Positions 16,825 through 27,371 of a stretch of DNA of 32,000 nt are shown in pieces. The translations under genes were made by a program, and so were the position numbers. The stretch is from Candidatus Methanoperedens sp. (GTDB lineage: Archaea > Halobacteriota > Methanosarcinia > Methanosarcinales > Methanoperedenaceae). The notes beneath the pieces were generated by a model. The model saw nothing but the letters and a program-made list of their open reading frames with translations. It did not search any database and had not been told where the DNA came from. The DNA lies in assembly GCA_027460535.1 (NCBI GenBank), contig JAPZAR010000024.1, positions 102,830 to 134,829 on the forward strand. Direction: 5' to 3'. The stretch's first letter is position 1. Each line of letters opens with the position of its first letter.

Positions 16825-17931
16825 ATGCCAGATCTGTTCCTGATTCCGATTATAAACATATTTGATGTTCACGATGTTGCTATCAGGGATTGGCTCAATA
16901 AACTTGACGTGTATGATCTGAAGCCTCATCTTGAATATCCTTTCAGGCTTGACAGGTTTTTCCCTGAGAGTACAAAACACGCCCTGAAATGCGTGGATGA
17001 TGTCCACGGGGAAATCCTGCGTTTGCTCGATATTACCGATCCGCAGGCGGTCTTTTTTGATATATCGGTTGATTTTGTTGATCTTGAGAACAGGTATAAC
17101 AAAAGACTTATTTCACCTCTCGAGTTCTGGTCCGAGTATTACCAGATATCAGCCGGGAAAGGTGGCTCACAGGCTTTATATTGTATTTATATCAAAGGAA
17201 TTATTGACAGGAACATAAGACTTATTGAAGGCAAAGACCACCTTCCATTAAGCGTGGTTTTTTATGGCCAGGATATTAAGACCAGGGAAGAGTTCATTCC
17301 AGTCTATGAAAACATTCTCGAAAAGGACGATGATTTCTTATTGCAGATGGTGAGGGTGGTCAATGAAATTGCTACATTCCGTACATTGCCAAAACATCTC
17401 TGGTATACCCCTATGCAGATAAGACTGATGGCAATTTCATACGAGGAAACAGAGAAATTCTACAACGAACTCCTAAACCGTCTTGGAGAAATGCTGAGAT
17501 TCAAAATAAGGGATTACATAGTTAGAAATTTGAAAGATCGTGCGCTTGAGTTGTCGTTGGCATACGAGAGATTCCTTGAGCATAAGATAAGAGCTGATGA
17601 AATAAAATTCTCAAATATCCTCGAAGGGCTGAATATACTCACAACCCAGTTGGAGAATCCCTCGATCGTGATATTCTGCGCACCCATGCACTACTGCGCC
17701 CTTTTGGATGCATTAAAAAAAGAAAAAAGTCTGGGCGAGCTTGCGATCACTATCAGGGAGATCGATATATCATCATTGCTGGATAAGATGAAACCCTTCA
17801 CGCAAAAGAATAGAATAATGCAGAACGACTACGATGTTGCCTTGAACATACTCGGATACAAAAAGCCCGCAAAATATGATACGCCTGGAGCAATTCTTAA
17901 TCCTGCGCCAGGTATTCCACATTTGGCCTGA
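16825..17931 (+). CDS. hypothetical protein
   Basis: 368-aa ORF 21 nt downstream of the 80-aa gene. I recognised no motif. Its 3' end overlaps the convergent protease gene by 35 bp. Confidence 0.5.
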   Translation: MPDLFLIPIINIFDVHDVAIRDWLNKLDVYDLKPHLEYPFRLDRFFPESTKHALKCVDDVHGEILRLLDITDPQAVFFDISVDFVDLENRYNKRLISPLEFWSEYYQISAGKGGSQALYCIYIKGIIDRNIRLIEGKDHLPLSVVFYGQDIKTREEFIPVYENILEKDDDFLLQMVRVVNEIATFRTLPKHLWYTPMQIRLMAISYEETEKFYNELLNRLGEMLRFKIRDYIVRNLKDRALELSLAYERFLEHKIRADEIKFSNILEGLNILTTQLENPSIVIFCAPMHYCALLDALKKEKSLGELAITIREIDISSLLDKMKPFTQKNRIMQNDYDVALNILGYKKPAKYDTPGAILNPAPGIPHLA

Positions 17932-18727
17932 CCGCCCTGAAATTCTTCATGAATTCATGGATCTCAGGCGGGAGTTCTGTTGAGACCGGAAGCCCAAGGT
18001 CTATTGCATCCTTCGCCGAGATAAGGTGCGCATGCACCATTTCTCCACCTATCAGTTTTTCCACCACCTTTCTTTGCTTTTCTATATCATCGAACTTCCC
18101 GTCAAGCAGTTCGTTCACGGTAGCTCTCATGAAATTCAATACTTTTTCCGAGATATCACTCATCATAAGGGTAGTATCGTCCGCTTCAAGTCCTTTTTTA
18201 CTGGCAACGTGGAGCCACGAGGGCGCTGGAAAAACGCCCCTCAGGAAATCGCCAACCTGCGGGTCTATCGGACCGAGGGAGGCATCCTTGTCCATTATTA
18301 TTTCATTTGCCGCAAGGGCGATGATCGTCCCGCCCGACATGGAATAATGAGGAATGAAAACCCGGGTCCTGGATTTGTGATTCTTCAATGCTCTTGCTAT
18401 CTGCACCGAGGCATGAAGCTGTCCCCCCGGCGTATGGATGATGAGATCTATAGGTTTATCTTTTGCCTCGCGTATACCTCTTAGAACCTCCTCCGCATCC
18501 TCCACATCTATATACTGATAGACAGATAAGCCCAGCATGGAGATCGCTTCCTTTCGATGTATCATCGTAAGCACTTTTGTACCCCATTTTTCCTCCATAT
18601 CCCGGATCTTGGAGAGCCTTTTTCTCCGCGCCGCACGCATCTGGAATTGCGGATACATCAGGAGATACAGGAAAACCAGCGCACCGAGGATGATCAGGAA
18701 ATCCGTAGTATTCAGTTGCTCGAACAT
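17897..18727 (-). CDS. membrane-anchored ClpP-fold serine protease (SDH / serine dehydrogenase proteinase family)
   Basis: N-terminal TM (FLIILGALVFLYLLMY), then LIIHTPGGQLHASVQIARAL...IPHYSMSGGTIIALAANEIIM...LGPIDPQ, typical of this family. Confidence 0.65.
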   Translation of the reverse strand: MFEQLNTTDFLIILGALVFLYLLMYPQFQMRAARRKRLSKIRDMEEKWGTKVLTMIHRKEAISMLGLSVYQYIDVEDAEEVLRGIREAKDKPIDLIIHTPGGQLHASVQIARALKNHKSRTRVFIPHYSMSGGTIIALAANEIIMDKDASLGPIDPQVGDFLRGVFPAPSWLHVASKKGLEADDTTLMMSDISEKVLNFMRATVNELLDGKFDDIEKQRKVVEKLIGGEMVHAHLISAKDAIDLGLPVSTELPPEIHEFMKNFRAVRPNVEYLAQD

Positions 18728-18749
18728 ATACGAATCATTGCTTTCCCTA

Positions 18750-20039
18750 CTAAATATAGGTTATGAAAATTCCCCACGCTATCAGGATGATCGTTCCTAT
18801 TACAATAAAACCTGGGAAGGTCTTCCTGGTCAGACCGGCAAGCTCCGCCGGACCTGACCATCTCACCAGCAGCATCTTGTTTCCTGTGCTTATTATGCTT
18901 GCAAGCACCGCGGTCAGCGCCGCCGTGCTGAAAGGAATAACCCCGCTTACAGCCAGTGCGGTGGCAGACGCTGTCACTACAGCGCTGCTGATAAACCCTC
19001 CAAGTGCGGTGGCATAAATGCCGGCAACCCCGGCCCACATATTGGCGAATCTTGAAACTATAGATAATGCCGCAAAGCCGAAGCCGAATTTTATGGCTGA
19101 AGACAGGGCAAAAGGTGATTCCAGTTTGATGGTCTCGTTTGCATGTATATCGTCCCTTGATTTTATTACCGCTGCGACCGAAACGGCTGTAATTGCCAGC
19201 TGCGCCGGTGCCATCAGCCAGAATACCCTGCCGCTTGGGTCAACTATGAGCGTTATGACAAGATTGCGTATCAGCATTGCTGCATTTGAAAGGATGATCC
19301 CGACATAGCATGATTCCACCAACAAGTTCTTTTTTTTAGCAATTGCTGCGAGTGCTCCTGTAGTTGCTTCGCTGTTCACGAGACCCCCCAGAAGCCCTGA
19401 GAGTGGTATACCGAAGCTCGTCCCCATTTTTTTCATTATTATGAAACAGATGAAACTGATGGTCGAGACAATGATTACGATTAGGAGTATCCATCGCGGA
19501 TTAATTACGCCCATGAAAAGCTCATTGGGAGTTATTGGGTAAAGTATGAAAATGACCGCAAGAAAACGCACAGCGCTCAGGATCTCATCATCTGTGAGGT
19601 TTGTGGCAAATGAATGAAGCGGGCGTTTTTCAGCAAGCAGAAGGGTTATCAAAACCCCGCCCACTATAGCGATAAGATACAGGTTGTAGGTTATCAAAAT
19701 GCCGAGGAGAAATGTGCAGTAAAGCGCAATCGGGCCTGTTATACCGGCCTGCTTTAAAGTAACATTTTTTACATATACGTAAATCACAGCTATTGCCGCA
19801 AAAAATCCAAGGGAGATAAGTAAAACGCCGGAATTCACGATCTGCGCCAAATACGAAGAGATCATCCCAGCGATGCATGCTATGGTAAACGAGCGAACAC
19901 CTGCTATCAGCTCTTCGCCTTCAGGGCGCCTGTGCTCTCTTTCTATGCCGATGAGGATGCCGATGAGGGATGCAAGAGCCAATTTCTGGAAAAATTCGAT
20001 GTCTATGTTGGTGAGGGACTGTGATACCAGGTCAACCAT
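18750..20039 (-). CDS. MgtC/SapB-family membrane protein with a DUF4010-like C-terminal region
   Basis: 429-aa polytopic [21 protein letters not shown] is the MgtC N-terminal motif. Confidence 0.6.
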   Translation of the reverse strand: MVDLVSQSLTNIDIEFFQKLALASLIGILIGIEREHRRPEGEELIAGVRSFTIACIAGMISSYLAQIVNSGVLLISLGFFAAIAVIYVYVKNVTLKQAGITGPIALYCTFLLGILITYNLYLIAIVGGVLITLLLAEKRPLHSFATNLTDDEILSAVRFLAVIFILYPITPNELFMGVINPRWILLIVIIVSTISFICFIIMKKMGTSFGIPLSGLLGGLVNSEATTGALAAIAKKKNLLVESCYVGIILSNAAMLIRNLVITLIVDPSGRVFWLMAPAQLAITAVSVAAVIKSRDDIHANETIKLESPFALSSAIKFGFGFAALSIVSRFANMWAGVAGIYATALGGFISSAVVTASATALAVSGVIPFSTAALTAVLASIISTGNKMLLVRWSGPAELAGLTRKTFPGFIVIGTIILIAWGIFITYI

Positions 20040-20125
20040 TAATAACCAATGGTCAATACTTTTTTATATACTTATTGCAGCATAAACCGTTAACTACATA
20101 CGCCCATGCAAAGTATTCAACCCAA

Positions 20126-21649
20126 ATGATAAAAAAAAGACCCCTTTTGATGATGATACTCGATGGTTATGGCCTGAGCGAGAAAGAGGAAGGGAATGCC
20201 ATAGCAGCAGCAAAAACACCGAATATGGACGGGCTTTTTTCAAGCTATCCTTATTCCGTGCTCAATGCATCGGGCGAATCTGTGGGACTGCCGAAAGGCC
20301 AGATGGGTAATTCTGAAGTCGGGCATCTCAATATAGGCGCGGGAAGAATAGTTTACCAGGACCTGACCCGGATCACGAAATCCATCCGCGATGGGAATTT
20401 CTTCAGGAATAGAACGCTTCTTGATGCAATGGAAAAAGTCAAAAGCCAGGGTTCATCGCTGCATCTCATGGGTTTGCTTTCAGACGGCGGTGTGCACAGC
20501 CACATAAACCACCTCTATGCACTGCTTGAGATGGCAGGAAATCTTGGCCTGAAAAAGGTTTACGTGCATGCATTTCTTGACGGCAGGGACGTGCCTCCAA
20601 AAAGCGCTCTTACGTATATAGCGGAAGCTGAAATCAAATTGAAAACTCTGGGCGGTGAGTTCGCAACAATCATGGGGAGATATTATTCCATGGACAGGGA
20701 CAAACGGTGGGACAGGGTGGAAAGAGCCTATTCTGCTATGGCGCAAGGCCAAGGAATTACAGCAGAAAGCGCCATTCTTTCCGTGGAAAAAGCCTATGAA
20801 AGAGGAGAGACGGATGAATTTGTCATACCAACGGTGATCCTGAAAAACGGGAAACCTGTTTCCTGTGTCTCGGACAAGGATTCCGTGATTTTCTTTAATT
20901 TCCGCTCGGACCGGGCGCGAGAGATCACCCGCACCTTTATTGACAATGATTTCAAGGATTTCAGGCGAAATTCGTTCCCACGAACGTATTTTGTGTGCTT
21001 CACGCAATACGATGAGACCTTCAATGTTCCCGTCGCATTTCCGCCAGAATCCCTGAAGAATATTCTTGCGGTTGTGCTGGAGGAGCATCATTTAAAGCAA
21101 CTCAGGGTTGCCGAGACTGAGAAATATGCTCACGTCACATTCTTTTTCAATGGAGGCATGGAAGCGCCGGTTGCAGGGGAGGATAGAATACTGATACCAT
21201 CTCCAAAAGTCGCGACGTATGATTTGCAGCCTGAAATGAGCGCCTTTCTGGTGACCGATGAAGTGGTGAAGGCGATAGCGCAAAGGAAATATGATATCAT
21301 CATCCTGAACTATGCTAATCTTGATATGGTGGGGCATACCGGTATTCTCGAAGCTGCTGTGAAAGCTGTTGAGGCAGTCGACCAGTGCGTAGGACGGGTA
21401 TACGAAGCAATGAGAAAAGCTGGCGGCTTATTGATTCTCACTGCCGATCACGGGAATGCGGAAAAGATGCTTGACAATAACGGGGGGATCCACACAGCGC
21501 ATACATCAAATCCCGTGCCTTTCCTGGTATGCAAGAAAGAGATCATGCTCCGTAACGGAATTCTAGCTGACATAGCCCCCACACTTCTTGATATTCTCGG
21601 GATAGAAAAACCGAAAGAAATGACGGGGCAGTCTTTAATAAAGATATAA
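20126..21649 (+). CDS. gpmI: 2,3-bisphosphoglycerate-independent phosphoglycerate mutase
   Basis: [31 protein letters not shown] and ADHGNAE are iPGM signatures. I chose the start at ATG 20126 (M36 of the track ORF). Confidence 0.9.
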   Translation: MIKKRPLLMMILDGYGLSEKEEGNAIAAAKTPNMDGLFSSYPYSVLNASGESVGLPKGQMGNSEVGHLNIGAGRIVYQDLTRITKSIRDGNFFRNRTLLDAMEKVKSQGSSLHLMGLLSDGGVHSHINHLYALLEMAGNLGLKKVYVHAFLDGRDVPPKSALTYIAEAEIKLKTLGGEFATIMGRYYSMDRDKRWDRVERAYSAMAQGQGITAESAILSVEKAYERGETDEFVIPTVILKNGKPVSCVSDKDSVIFFNFRSDRAREITRTFIDNDFKDFRRNSFPRTYFVCFTQYDETFNVPVAFPPESLKNILAVVLEEHHLKQLRVAETEKYAHVTFFFNGGMEAPVAGEDRILIPSPKVATYDLQPEMSAFLVTDEVVKAIAQRKYDIIILNYANLDMVGHTGILEAAVKAVEAVDQCVGRVYEAMRKAGGLLILTADHGNAEKMLDNNGGIHTAHTSNPVPFLVCKKEIMLRNGILADIAPTLLDILGIEKPKEMTGQSLIKI

Positions 21650-21680
21650 CTTAATATAGTTTTCAAACATATTTTTATAC

Positions 21681-22793
21681 ATGGATGCCGCATCCGACCT
21701 GACCATCTTCCACGGCAAGCTCACGATACTCGTGGTTTTCGGGCACGGGGGAGAAGTGGACAAAAGCCAGCTAAAAAAATTCATAGGTTCTGAGGTAATT
21801 GCTGAACGCTGGAACAAACCAATAGAAATAGAACAGTGTGAAGGTGTAGGGGTAATTGTTTCAGGGAGTGAAAAGATAACCTGTAACGTAAATAATTACA
21901 CCGATGTTTTTGTGGCAGGTGTGTCGATCCTGAGGACAGAGATCGAAATCAGAGATAAGATTTCATTCAACGACATACTTGTGTCGCTTCATTCAAACAC
22001 TATTATTGTCGACGGGCTTGATTTCCAGTCATTTGCCAACAAGAAAATCAGCGAGATTCGCGAAAAGCTTAATCCAGGCAAGAAGGTATCGTATTATCCA
22101 ATTACAAAGAGATACACGCTCTTAAAAATTAAAGAATTCACTCCGAAGCTGGAACATAGGGGGCTGAAAGAGCAGTACGGCGAGATCATCACACGTTTCC
22201 TTTCCGGGGAGACATCTATAAGACCGTTGCACAGTAAAGAGATCACGGAAAAACTTGGCAACGACCTCTCGTACTATGACGAAGACCTGTTTCTTACCTC
22301 TCCCGAAGGTGTATTTATCCTGGGCTGTGATGATTATATCAAAGACCTGCGCGAACTGCTTGAACTTGCCATCTCGCTTTTGTTGTTATTCCAGATCTAT
22401 GACCGTAAGATAGATTCAGAGATCACCAATGCGTTTGATGCGATAAAAAAAATGCATATTTCAAAGCTTTATTTCCTCACACTTGCCCCTCGAAAGCTTG
22501 AAAAAGCCCTGCTTAATGTGAGCGAGATCGGGCTCGTAATCCTTGACGATATCGAGGATCTGATGAATCCCCATAAGATAACCCAGGACTGGTATTACCA
22601 GTCAACTTACCAGAAAATGCTGAACACCCTTAAAGTGAATGACTTTGAAAAGGTCGTGCAGCATAAGATTGATTCCCTGCAGGAGCTCTACTCCACGGCA
22701 AGGGAACTTTCCACCGAGCAATTGATGTTGATCCTGGAAGTTGTTGTAGTATTGTTGATCCTGTGGGAAGTTATATCTCCCGTAATAAAATGA
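21681..22793 (+). CDS. hypothetical protein with a C-terminal TM anchor, possibly RMD1/DUF155 (YagE)-like
   Basis: 370 aa. The C-terminus STEQLMLILEVVVVLLILWEVISP, preceded by long helical segments, resembles the DUF155 C-terminal pattern. The assignment is from memory and is weak. Confidence 0.35.
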   Translation: MDAASDLTIFHGKLTILVVFGHGGEVDKSQLKKFIGSEVIAERWNKPIEIEQCEGVGVIVSGSEKITCNVNNYTDVFVAGVSILRTEIEIRDKISFNDILVSLHSNTIIVDGLDFQSFANKKISEIREKLNPGKKVSYYPITKRYTLLKIKEFTPKLEHRGLKEQYGEIITRFLSGETSIRPLHSKEITEKLGNDLSYYDEDLFLTSPEGVFILGCDDYIKDLRELLELAISLLLLFQIYDRKIDSEITNAFDAIKKMHISKLYFLTLAPRKLEKALLNVSEIGLVILDDIEDLMNPHKITQDWYYQSTYQKMLNTLKVNDFEKVVQHKIDSLQELYSTARELSTEQLMLILEVVVVLLILWEVISPVIK

Positions 22794-22814
22794 TCTATAA
22801 TCAAATGTCCTTGC

Positions 22815-23498
22815 TCATTCTTCTTTAGTTTTGGGTTCCAATACTTCCTTGTTGTATCTCTCAAGGTAAATTACTTCCTTGATATCCGTATTGGCGATGA
22901 GCTCACTTGCTATCTGCCTTTTGGACATGAGCCATCTCTGATTATATGTCATATCAGGGTCGATTTCAACAGTCGCTGTTTCGCCATTTATCTGGATGGA
23001 AAGATCCCTTCCAAGATAAAGGCCCAGAAGACCATGCACTTTGCCTTCATTATCCTCGATTTTTTCTTTTATCTCGTAATCGTAGGTAACCGTGACCCCT
23101 GCCAGGAACCTGTTAAAATCAACCTGTGCCATCCTCCCGATAACTCTTATTATTGTCCCGGCGCGGCCGTCTACCTGCACGGGCATACCAACCTGTGGTC
23201 TATCCTTGAATTTGGTAATGGGAATGGTCTCGATAAGTTCCGGATTCCTGTGGCCAAAGGCTTTCTCAGGCGGGAGAGTAATGCTTCCTTTGTATCCAAC
23301 ATCCTTGCCTATCAAATCCTCATCAAGCCCAAGAACCGTATGCCCCGCGCCAACAACTATTACATCTCCGCCATATTTTCCTTTCTCGTTGTAGATTCCG
23401 CTGGCTCTGGCAACCTCTTCTTCCGTGGTATCGAAAATACGATCCTCGGTTTTTCCTGTGTATGATACTTTAATGAAATCTCCTTTTTGAATGCTCAT
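22815..23498 (-). CDS. FKBP-type peptidyl-prolyl cis-trans isomerase (archaeal long type with insert-in-flap)
   Basis: MSIQKGDFIKVSYTGK...FDTT...VIVVGAGHTVLGLDEDLIGKDVG...ITLPPEKAFG...AQVDFNRFLAG is the SlyD/archaeal FKBP pattern. I chose the start at M14 (ATG 23498). Confidence 0.85.
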   Translation of the reverse strand: MSIQKGDFIKVSYTGKTEDRIFDTTEEEVARASGIYNEKGKYGGDVIVVGAGHTVLGLDEDLIGKDVGYKGSITLPPEKAFGHRNPELIETIPITKFKDRPQVGMPVQVDGRAGTIIRVIGRMAQVDFNRFLAGVTVTYDYEIKEKIEDNEGKVHGLLGLYLGRDLSIQINGETATVEIDPDMTYNQRWLMSKRQIASELIANTDIKEVIYLERYNKEVLEPKTKEE

Positions 23499-23615
23499 TA
23501 TTATTCCTGTTCCTTTTTTCCGCTCTTGATGTATCAATGGTATAAAATACTTACTTAAATGTCATTTCAGAAAGCATTATTGTATATCCTGTTCTTTAAG
23601 AGGGGAGGAATCGTA

Positions 23616-24377
23616 TTGAAAGCAACTGCATTTGCTGTGGAAGACATACCGCTGATCAAACCGGGCGCAGATATTGGCCGCCTCATCTCCGAAAAAGCTG
23701 AAGTGATGCAAAACGATATTGTCGTTGTTTCTTCGACGATAGTGTCAAAATCCGAGAACAGGATTCTTTCCCTGGATAAAGTGAACGCGACGGACCTAGC
23801 AAAAAAAATCGCAAAAAAGAACGGCAACGACCCGAGATTCGTTCAGGCTGTGCTTGATGAAAGCAGTGAAATATTACTCGAATCGCCCTTTATTCTTGTC
23901 CGCACAAGGAGCGGAAGTATTTGTGTTAATTCAGGCATAGACCACTCAAATGTAGAAGGCCAGGAGAACATCCTTCTGCTTCCGGAAGATCCTGATAAAA
24001 GTGCACGAGCAATAAAGGATTCCATATTCAAGCACACTGGAAAGAAGGTCAGTGTAATTATCACGGATACTAACGGGCGTGCTTTCAGGATCGGCCAGAC
24101 CGGTGCAGCCATCGGGATAGCGGGAATAATGCCGACCCGGGACTGGAGGGGGACAAAGGACCTTTTCGGGAAGGTACTTGAAGTAAAAAACGAAGGCATC
24201 GTGGATGAGCTCGCATGCTTTGCAAATATCCTGATGGGAGAGGGGGACGGAGGGACGCCGATCGTGATCGTTCGAGGATTGGATCTTTACAGCGAATCTT
24301 ATGGTATTAAGGAATTATACAGGCCTGAGAAAGAAGATGTGATACGAAAGGCGCTTCTCAGATCTCTGTCAGTTTGA
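23616..24377 (+). CDS. cofE: coenzyme F420-0:L-glutamate ligase
   Basis: IPLIKPGADIGRLI...IVVVSSTIVSKSE...ITDTNGRAFRIGQTGAAIG are CofE signatures. The likely start is TTG 23616, 6 nt after GGAGGA. The alternative is the track start at ATG 23559. Confidence 0.8.
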   Translation: MKATAFAVEDIPLIKPGADIGRLISEKAEVMQNDIVVVSSTIVSKSENRILSLDKVNATDLAKKIAKKNGNDPRFVQAVLDESSEILLESPFILVRTRSGSICVNSGIDHSNVEGQENILLLPEDPDKSARAIKDSIFKHTGKKVSVIITDTNGRAFRIGQTGAAIGIAGIMPTRDWRGTKDLFGKVLEVKNEGIVDELACFANILMGEGDGGTPIVIVRGLDLYSESYGIKELYRPEKEDVIRKALLRSLSV

Positions 24378-25545
24378 ATTGTTTTCTGTCCTTTTTCACT
24401 TCAAAGAATTCCCGCGCCGCTCTGCTCACCTTTTCCCTGGATTCAGCCGGTGCAAAAACCCCCAGGCGCCAGTTATCAAGCTGCGCTTTTTCAAGGGATG
24501 CGACCAGGTTTGAGGCTTTATCTATGGATTCCATTTTACCGTTTATCATTACCTTGGCTTTCATTTCAATTATATGGGGTTTTTCGGGTATGTCAACGAT
24601 CACATACTCTGGTGATATGCCTGCGCCTTCTGCTATTTCCATTTCCACTCTCTTTATGTTCTTCCTGAATTTTAATACATCCGCGTTCAAGGAATCAAAA
24701 CCGGTATAAAGCGCTCGTTTGAACAGGCGCCGCTCATCCAGCCTTTTTGCTATTTCCGCCGCATAACCCTTGGAACTCTTCATTTCCATCATGAACATGA
24801 TATCATCCATCCTCTGAAACGATAGCGGCGAGAGACCTTCATTCTCGATCAGGTATTGCGCCGCCCGGATGCACATGGATTCCGCGATCCTGCTTACGTG
24901 ATGGAAGTAAACAGTAAGATGCATCAGGAAACGAGATACGAGCAGTGACTCGGCGGCCTGCAACCCCCCCGGGTTCAGAACGAGTCTATTCTCGTTGAAC
25001 TTCAACTCGTGTATCAACCTCACATGGTCCACAAGACCGAAGGCTACGCCGGTGTAGTGAGCATCCCGTACAAGATAATCCATTTTATCAACATCTATCT
25101 CACTGCTCAGGATCTGTCCGGGATAGGTTTCCCCCCTGATATGTGCGGCTATGGAAGATGGTGATAAACCATGCTCTTTCAGCACATCAGCAATTGTGCC
25201 TTTTTTTAAAAGTTCCCCCACACTGTCATGGCTTTTTCTTGTGTACTTCTCTATGATATCCTCGGTCGCATGGGAAAATGGCCCGTGCCCGATATCATGA
25301 AGCAGCGCCGCTGCTAGCAATTCTTTCTGCTGTTGCTCATCTACCTGCCTGGCCAATTGCCGTGTGAGATGGTATACTCCGAGTGAGTGCTCAAACCTGG
25401 TATGGTTCGCCCCAGGGTAAACTAGATTGGAAAATCCGAGCTGCCTTATCCTCCTGAGCCTCTGGACCTCAGGCGAGTCGATAAGAGAAAGTGCAAGTTC
25501 ATCAAGTTCAATATAATCGTGGACCGGGTCGCGTATTACTTTCAT
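24358..25545 (-). CDS. HD-domain phosphohydrolase (dNTP triphosphohydrolase-like)
   Basis: IRDPVHDYIEL...QRLRRIRQLG...TRFEHSLGV...LLHDIGHGPFSH...DVDKMDYLVRD are HD-superfamily motifs. Confidence 0.8.
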   Translation of the reverse strand: MKVIRDPVHDYIELDELALSLIDSPEVQRLRRIRQLGFSNLVYPGANHTRFEHSLGVYHLTRQLARQVDEQQQKELLAAALLHDIGHGPFSHATEDIIEKYTRKSHDSVGELLKKGTIADVLKEHGLSPSSIAAHIRGETYPGQILSSEIDVDKMDYLVRDAHYTGVAFGLVDHVRLIHELKFNENRLVLNPGGLQAAESLLVSRFLMHLTVYFHHVSRIAESMCIRAAQYLIENEGLSPLSFQRMDDIMFMMEMKSSKGYAAEIAKRLDERRLFKRALYTGFDSLNADVLKFRKNIKRVEMEIAEGAGISPEYVIVDIPEKPHIIEMKAKVMINGKMESIDKASNLVASLEKAQLDNWRLGVFAPAESREKVSRAAREFFEVKKDRKQFKLTEI

Positions 25546-25639
25546 GAAATTTCTCTTTATAAAATTCCATAAACTATATACAATGAAGAATTATAAACCT
25601 TATTGAATTACGGTATTAAGTCTGATTTACAGAGGTTAG

Positions 25640-26068
25640 ATGGACATTGAGATCAGAAAAGCTACACTATCAGATATCAAGGACATAAAAAAGATCCTTT
25701 CTTTTTATTGCCTTGATACTGAAAACGTGGAAAAAAATCTGCCTGAATTTATTGTAGCTGTTCTGGATTGCAGGATTGTTGGATGCGCCTGCCTGGATAT
25801 GGGGGAAATTATAGAACTGCGGTCGATTGCAGTGCTTCCAGGTTTTCGAAATAAGGGCACAGGCTCAAAGCTCGTGGATTCTATCTTAAGGCGTGCAGCC
25901 GATTCGACACAGGCAGTCTATCTTCGAACCACATCGCCCTCCTTTTTTCAGAAGAAAGGATTCCGGAAACTCCAGGAAGATGAGAAAAAAGTCATCTGGA
26001 AAGAGTGCGCCGAATGCGATAAGTTCAACGTCTGTAAACAAACTCTCATGAAAATCAATATTGGCTGA
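25640..26068 (+). CDS. GNAT-family N-acetyltransferase
   Basis: LRSIAVLPGFRNKGTGSKLV is the acetyl-CoA-binding motif A (Q/RxxGxG/A). Confidence 0.75.
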   Translation: MDIEIRKATLSDIKDIKKILSFYCLDTENVEKNLPEFIVAVLDCRIVGCACLDMGEIIELRSIAVLPGFRNKGTGSKLVDSILRRAADSTQAVYLRTTSPSFFQKKGFRKLQEDEKKVIWKECAECDKFNVCKQTLMKINIG

Positions 26069-26316
26069 TGTTTTTGATTTTAACAATTAAATATTATTTA
26101 TCAAGTCTGTTACCGGTATGTTCAATGTTGGGCTACATTATTTATGTTTTGGGGTACTAAATGAAAGCCAGAGTATATCCGGAAAGAAAAATCCGATGTT
26201 TTCAATGCTATTCTGGATGCTGAGAAGGATTTCATTGAAGAACAGCAATGGAACACGAGGAAAGGATTATTAAGCATGGAAAGTGATTGCTAATCATGAA
26301 TAAAGGGTGTGAGTGA

Positions 26317-26694
26317 TTGTTCAGGAGATTTTTGGAATCGTACATCGATGTCTGCAATAATATCGTGACAGAATCCGCCAATTCGGTTCTGATGTTCGAG
26401 GCAGGGGAGCAGGCCGCGATGGACCTTAAGACCACGAAGCTTGAGGATATAACTCTGGAATTTGAGAAAGACGAACTAAAAGTATCAATTGAGGTATCCG
26501 AAAAAAAAGTCGCGTTCAGGATCAAAGGCCTGCCGTTGTCCGGGAAAAAATGTAAATATTGTGATATCCTGAGAGGATTCCTGGGTGGAGTATCGCGAAA
26601 ACATCTCGATACCAGGTATTATTGCAAAAAGGGCGAGGAATGCGCTCTTGAAGGGTCGGATGAATGCCTTTTCATGGCGGAGCTGATCGAATGA
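26317..26694 (+). CDS. V4R-domain (4-vinyl-reductase-like) small protein
   Basis: SVLMFEAGEQAA...CDILRGFLGGV...EECALEGSDECLFMAEL resembles the V4R pattern. The TTG start sits directly after a stop codon, so the start is uncertain. Confidence 0.45.
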   Translation: MFRRFLESYIDVCNNIVTESANSVLMFEAGEQAAMDLKTTKLEDITLEFEKDELKVSIEVSEKKVAFRIKGLPLSGKKCKYCDILRGFLGGVSRKHLDTRYYCKKGEECALEGSDECLFMAELIE

Positions 26695-26762
26695 ATAAAT
26701 GCTTATCCGCAGGGATAAAAAGCTGGTCTGCCAGATAGCAGCTTCTACGGAAAAGGTGTGAA

Positions 26763-27371
26763 ATGCCAAAGGATTTGACTGTAACCCTGAGCGACCTGGA
26801 ATACGAGATTCTCAAAAGGTTAAAAATAGTTGAGGGCGAGGATGGAGTAAAGCTAAGAAATCTTTTGAGACTTTATGTTTCCACAATCCCCGAGCTGAAA
26901 TCATCTGAATATGCCCTGAAAAGGGCTGAAAACAAGGAAGAGATCGAAACGATCCTCAGGAATGTGTGGGCTTCATATGAACTTACAGATAATCCTACAG
27001 AGCAGTGGAAAGAAGAGAAAATAAACAAATTGATCAGCGACCTAACGGAGATCAACGCACTTGTAAAAATCGGGGAAAAACAATTCATTCCAACAAATAA
27101 ATTCAGAAGTCTGTTCAAATCATTGCTTCATGATATTGCATCCGAAATGAAGGATGTGGATGAATATACAGCAGCGTGCATAGCCACGATCCAGCTTCTG
27201 ATGGAGTTCGGTGCAGGAAGCCTGAGTAACGAGACCATAAGCGACGGAACCATCCTGATCAATGAAGGATGGATGTTTGCATATGCGACAGCGATGAAGA
27301 AGGCGAGGGAGTTCATGAAAACAAAGAAAATATTCGCAGAAATACCCGCGCAGATACCATCACAGGTATGA
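26763..27371 (+). CDS. hypothetical protein with a possible RHH-like N-terminus
   Basis: 202-aa ORF preceded by AAGGTG. The N-terminus KDLTVTLSDLEYEILKRL loosely resembles a ribbon-helix-helix strand-helix. Its 3' end overlaps the convergent radical SAM gene by 12 nt. Confidence 0.4.
   Translation: MPKDLTVTLSDLEYEILKRLKIVEGEDGVKLRNLLRLYVSTIPELKSSEYALKRAENKEEIETILRNVWASYELTDNPTEQWKEEKINKLISDLTEINALVKIGEKQFIPTNKFRSLFKSLLHDIASEMKDVDEYTAACIATIQLLMEFGAGSLSNETISDGTILINEGWMFAYATAMKKAREFMKTKKIFAEIPAQIPSQV

Noticed and set aside
17897-17931. Overlapping 3' ends of convergent genes (also 24358-24377 and 27360-27371) as antisense regulation
   Set aside because: Short convergent overlaps are common in compact archaeal genomes. 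Nothing in the sequence indicates a dedicated regulatory function.
26118-26273. 51-aa plus-strand ORF upstream of the V4R gene, and an alternative frame reading ...SDVFNAILDAEKDFIEEQQWNTRKGLL
   Set aside because: The ATG-initiated frame has an implausible composition. The protein-like frame has no start codon after its preceding TGA. I cannot support either as a gene or as a V4R pseudogene fragment.
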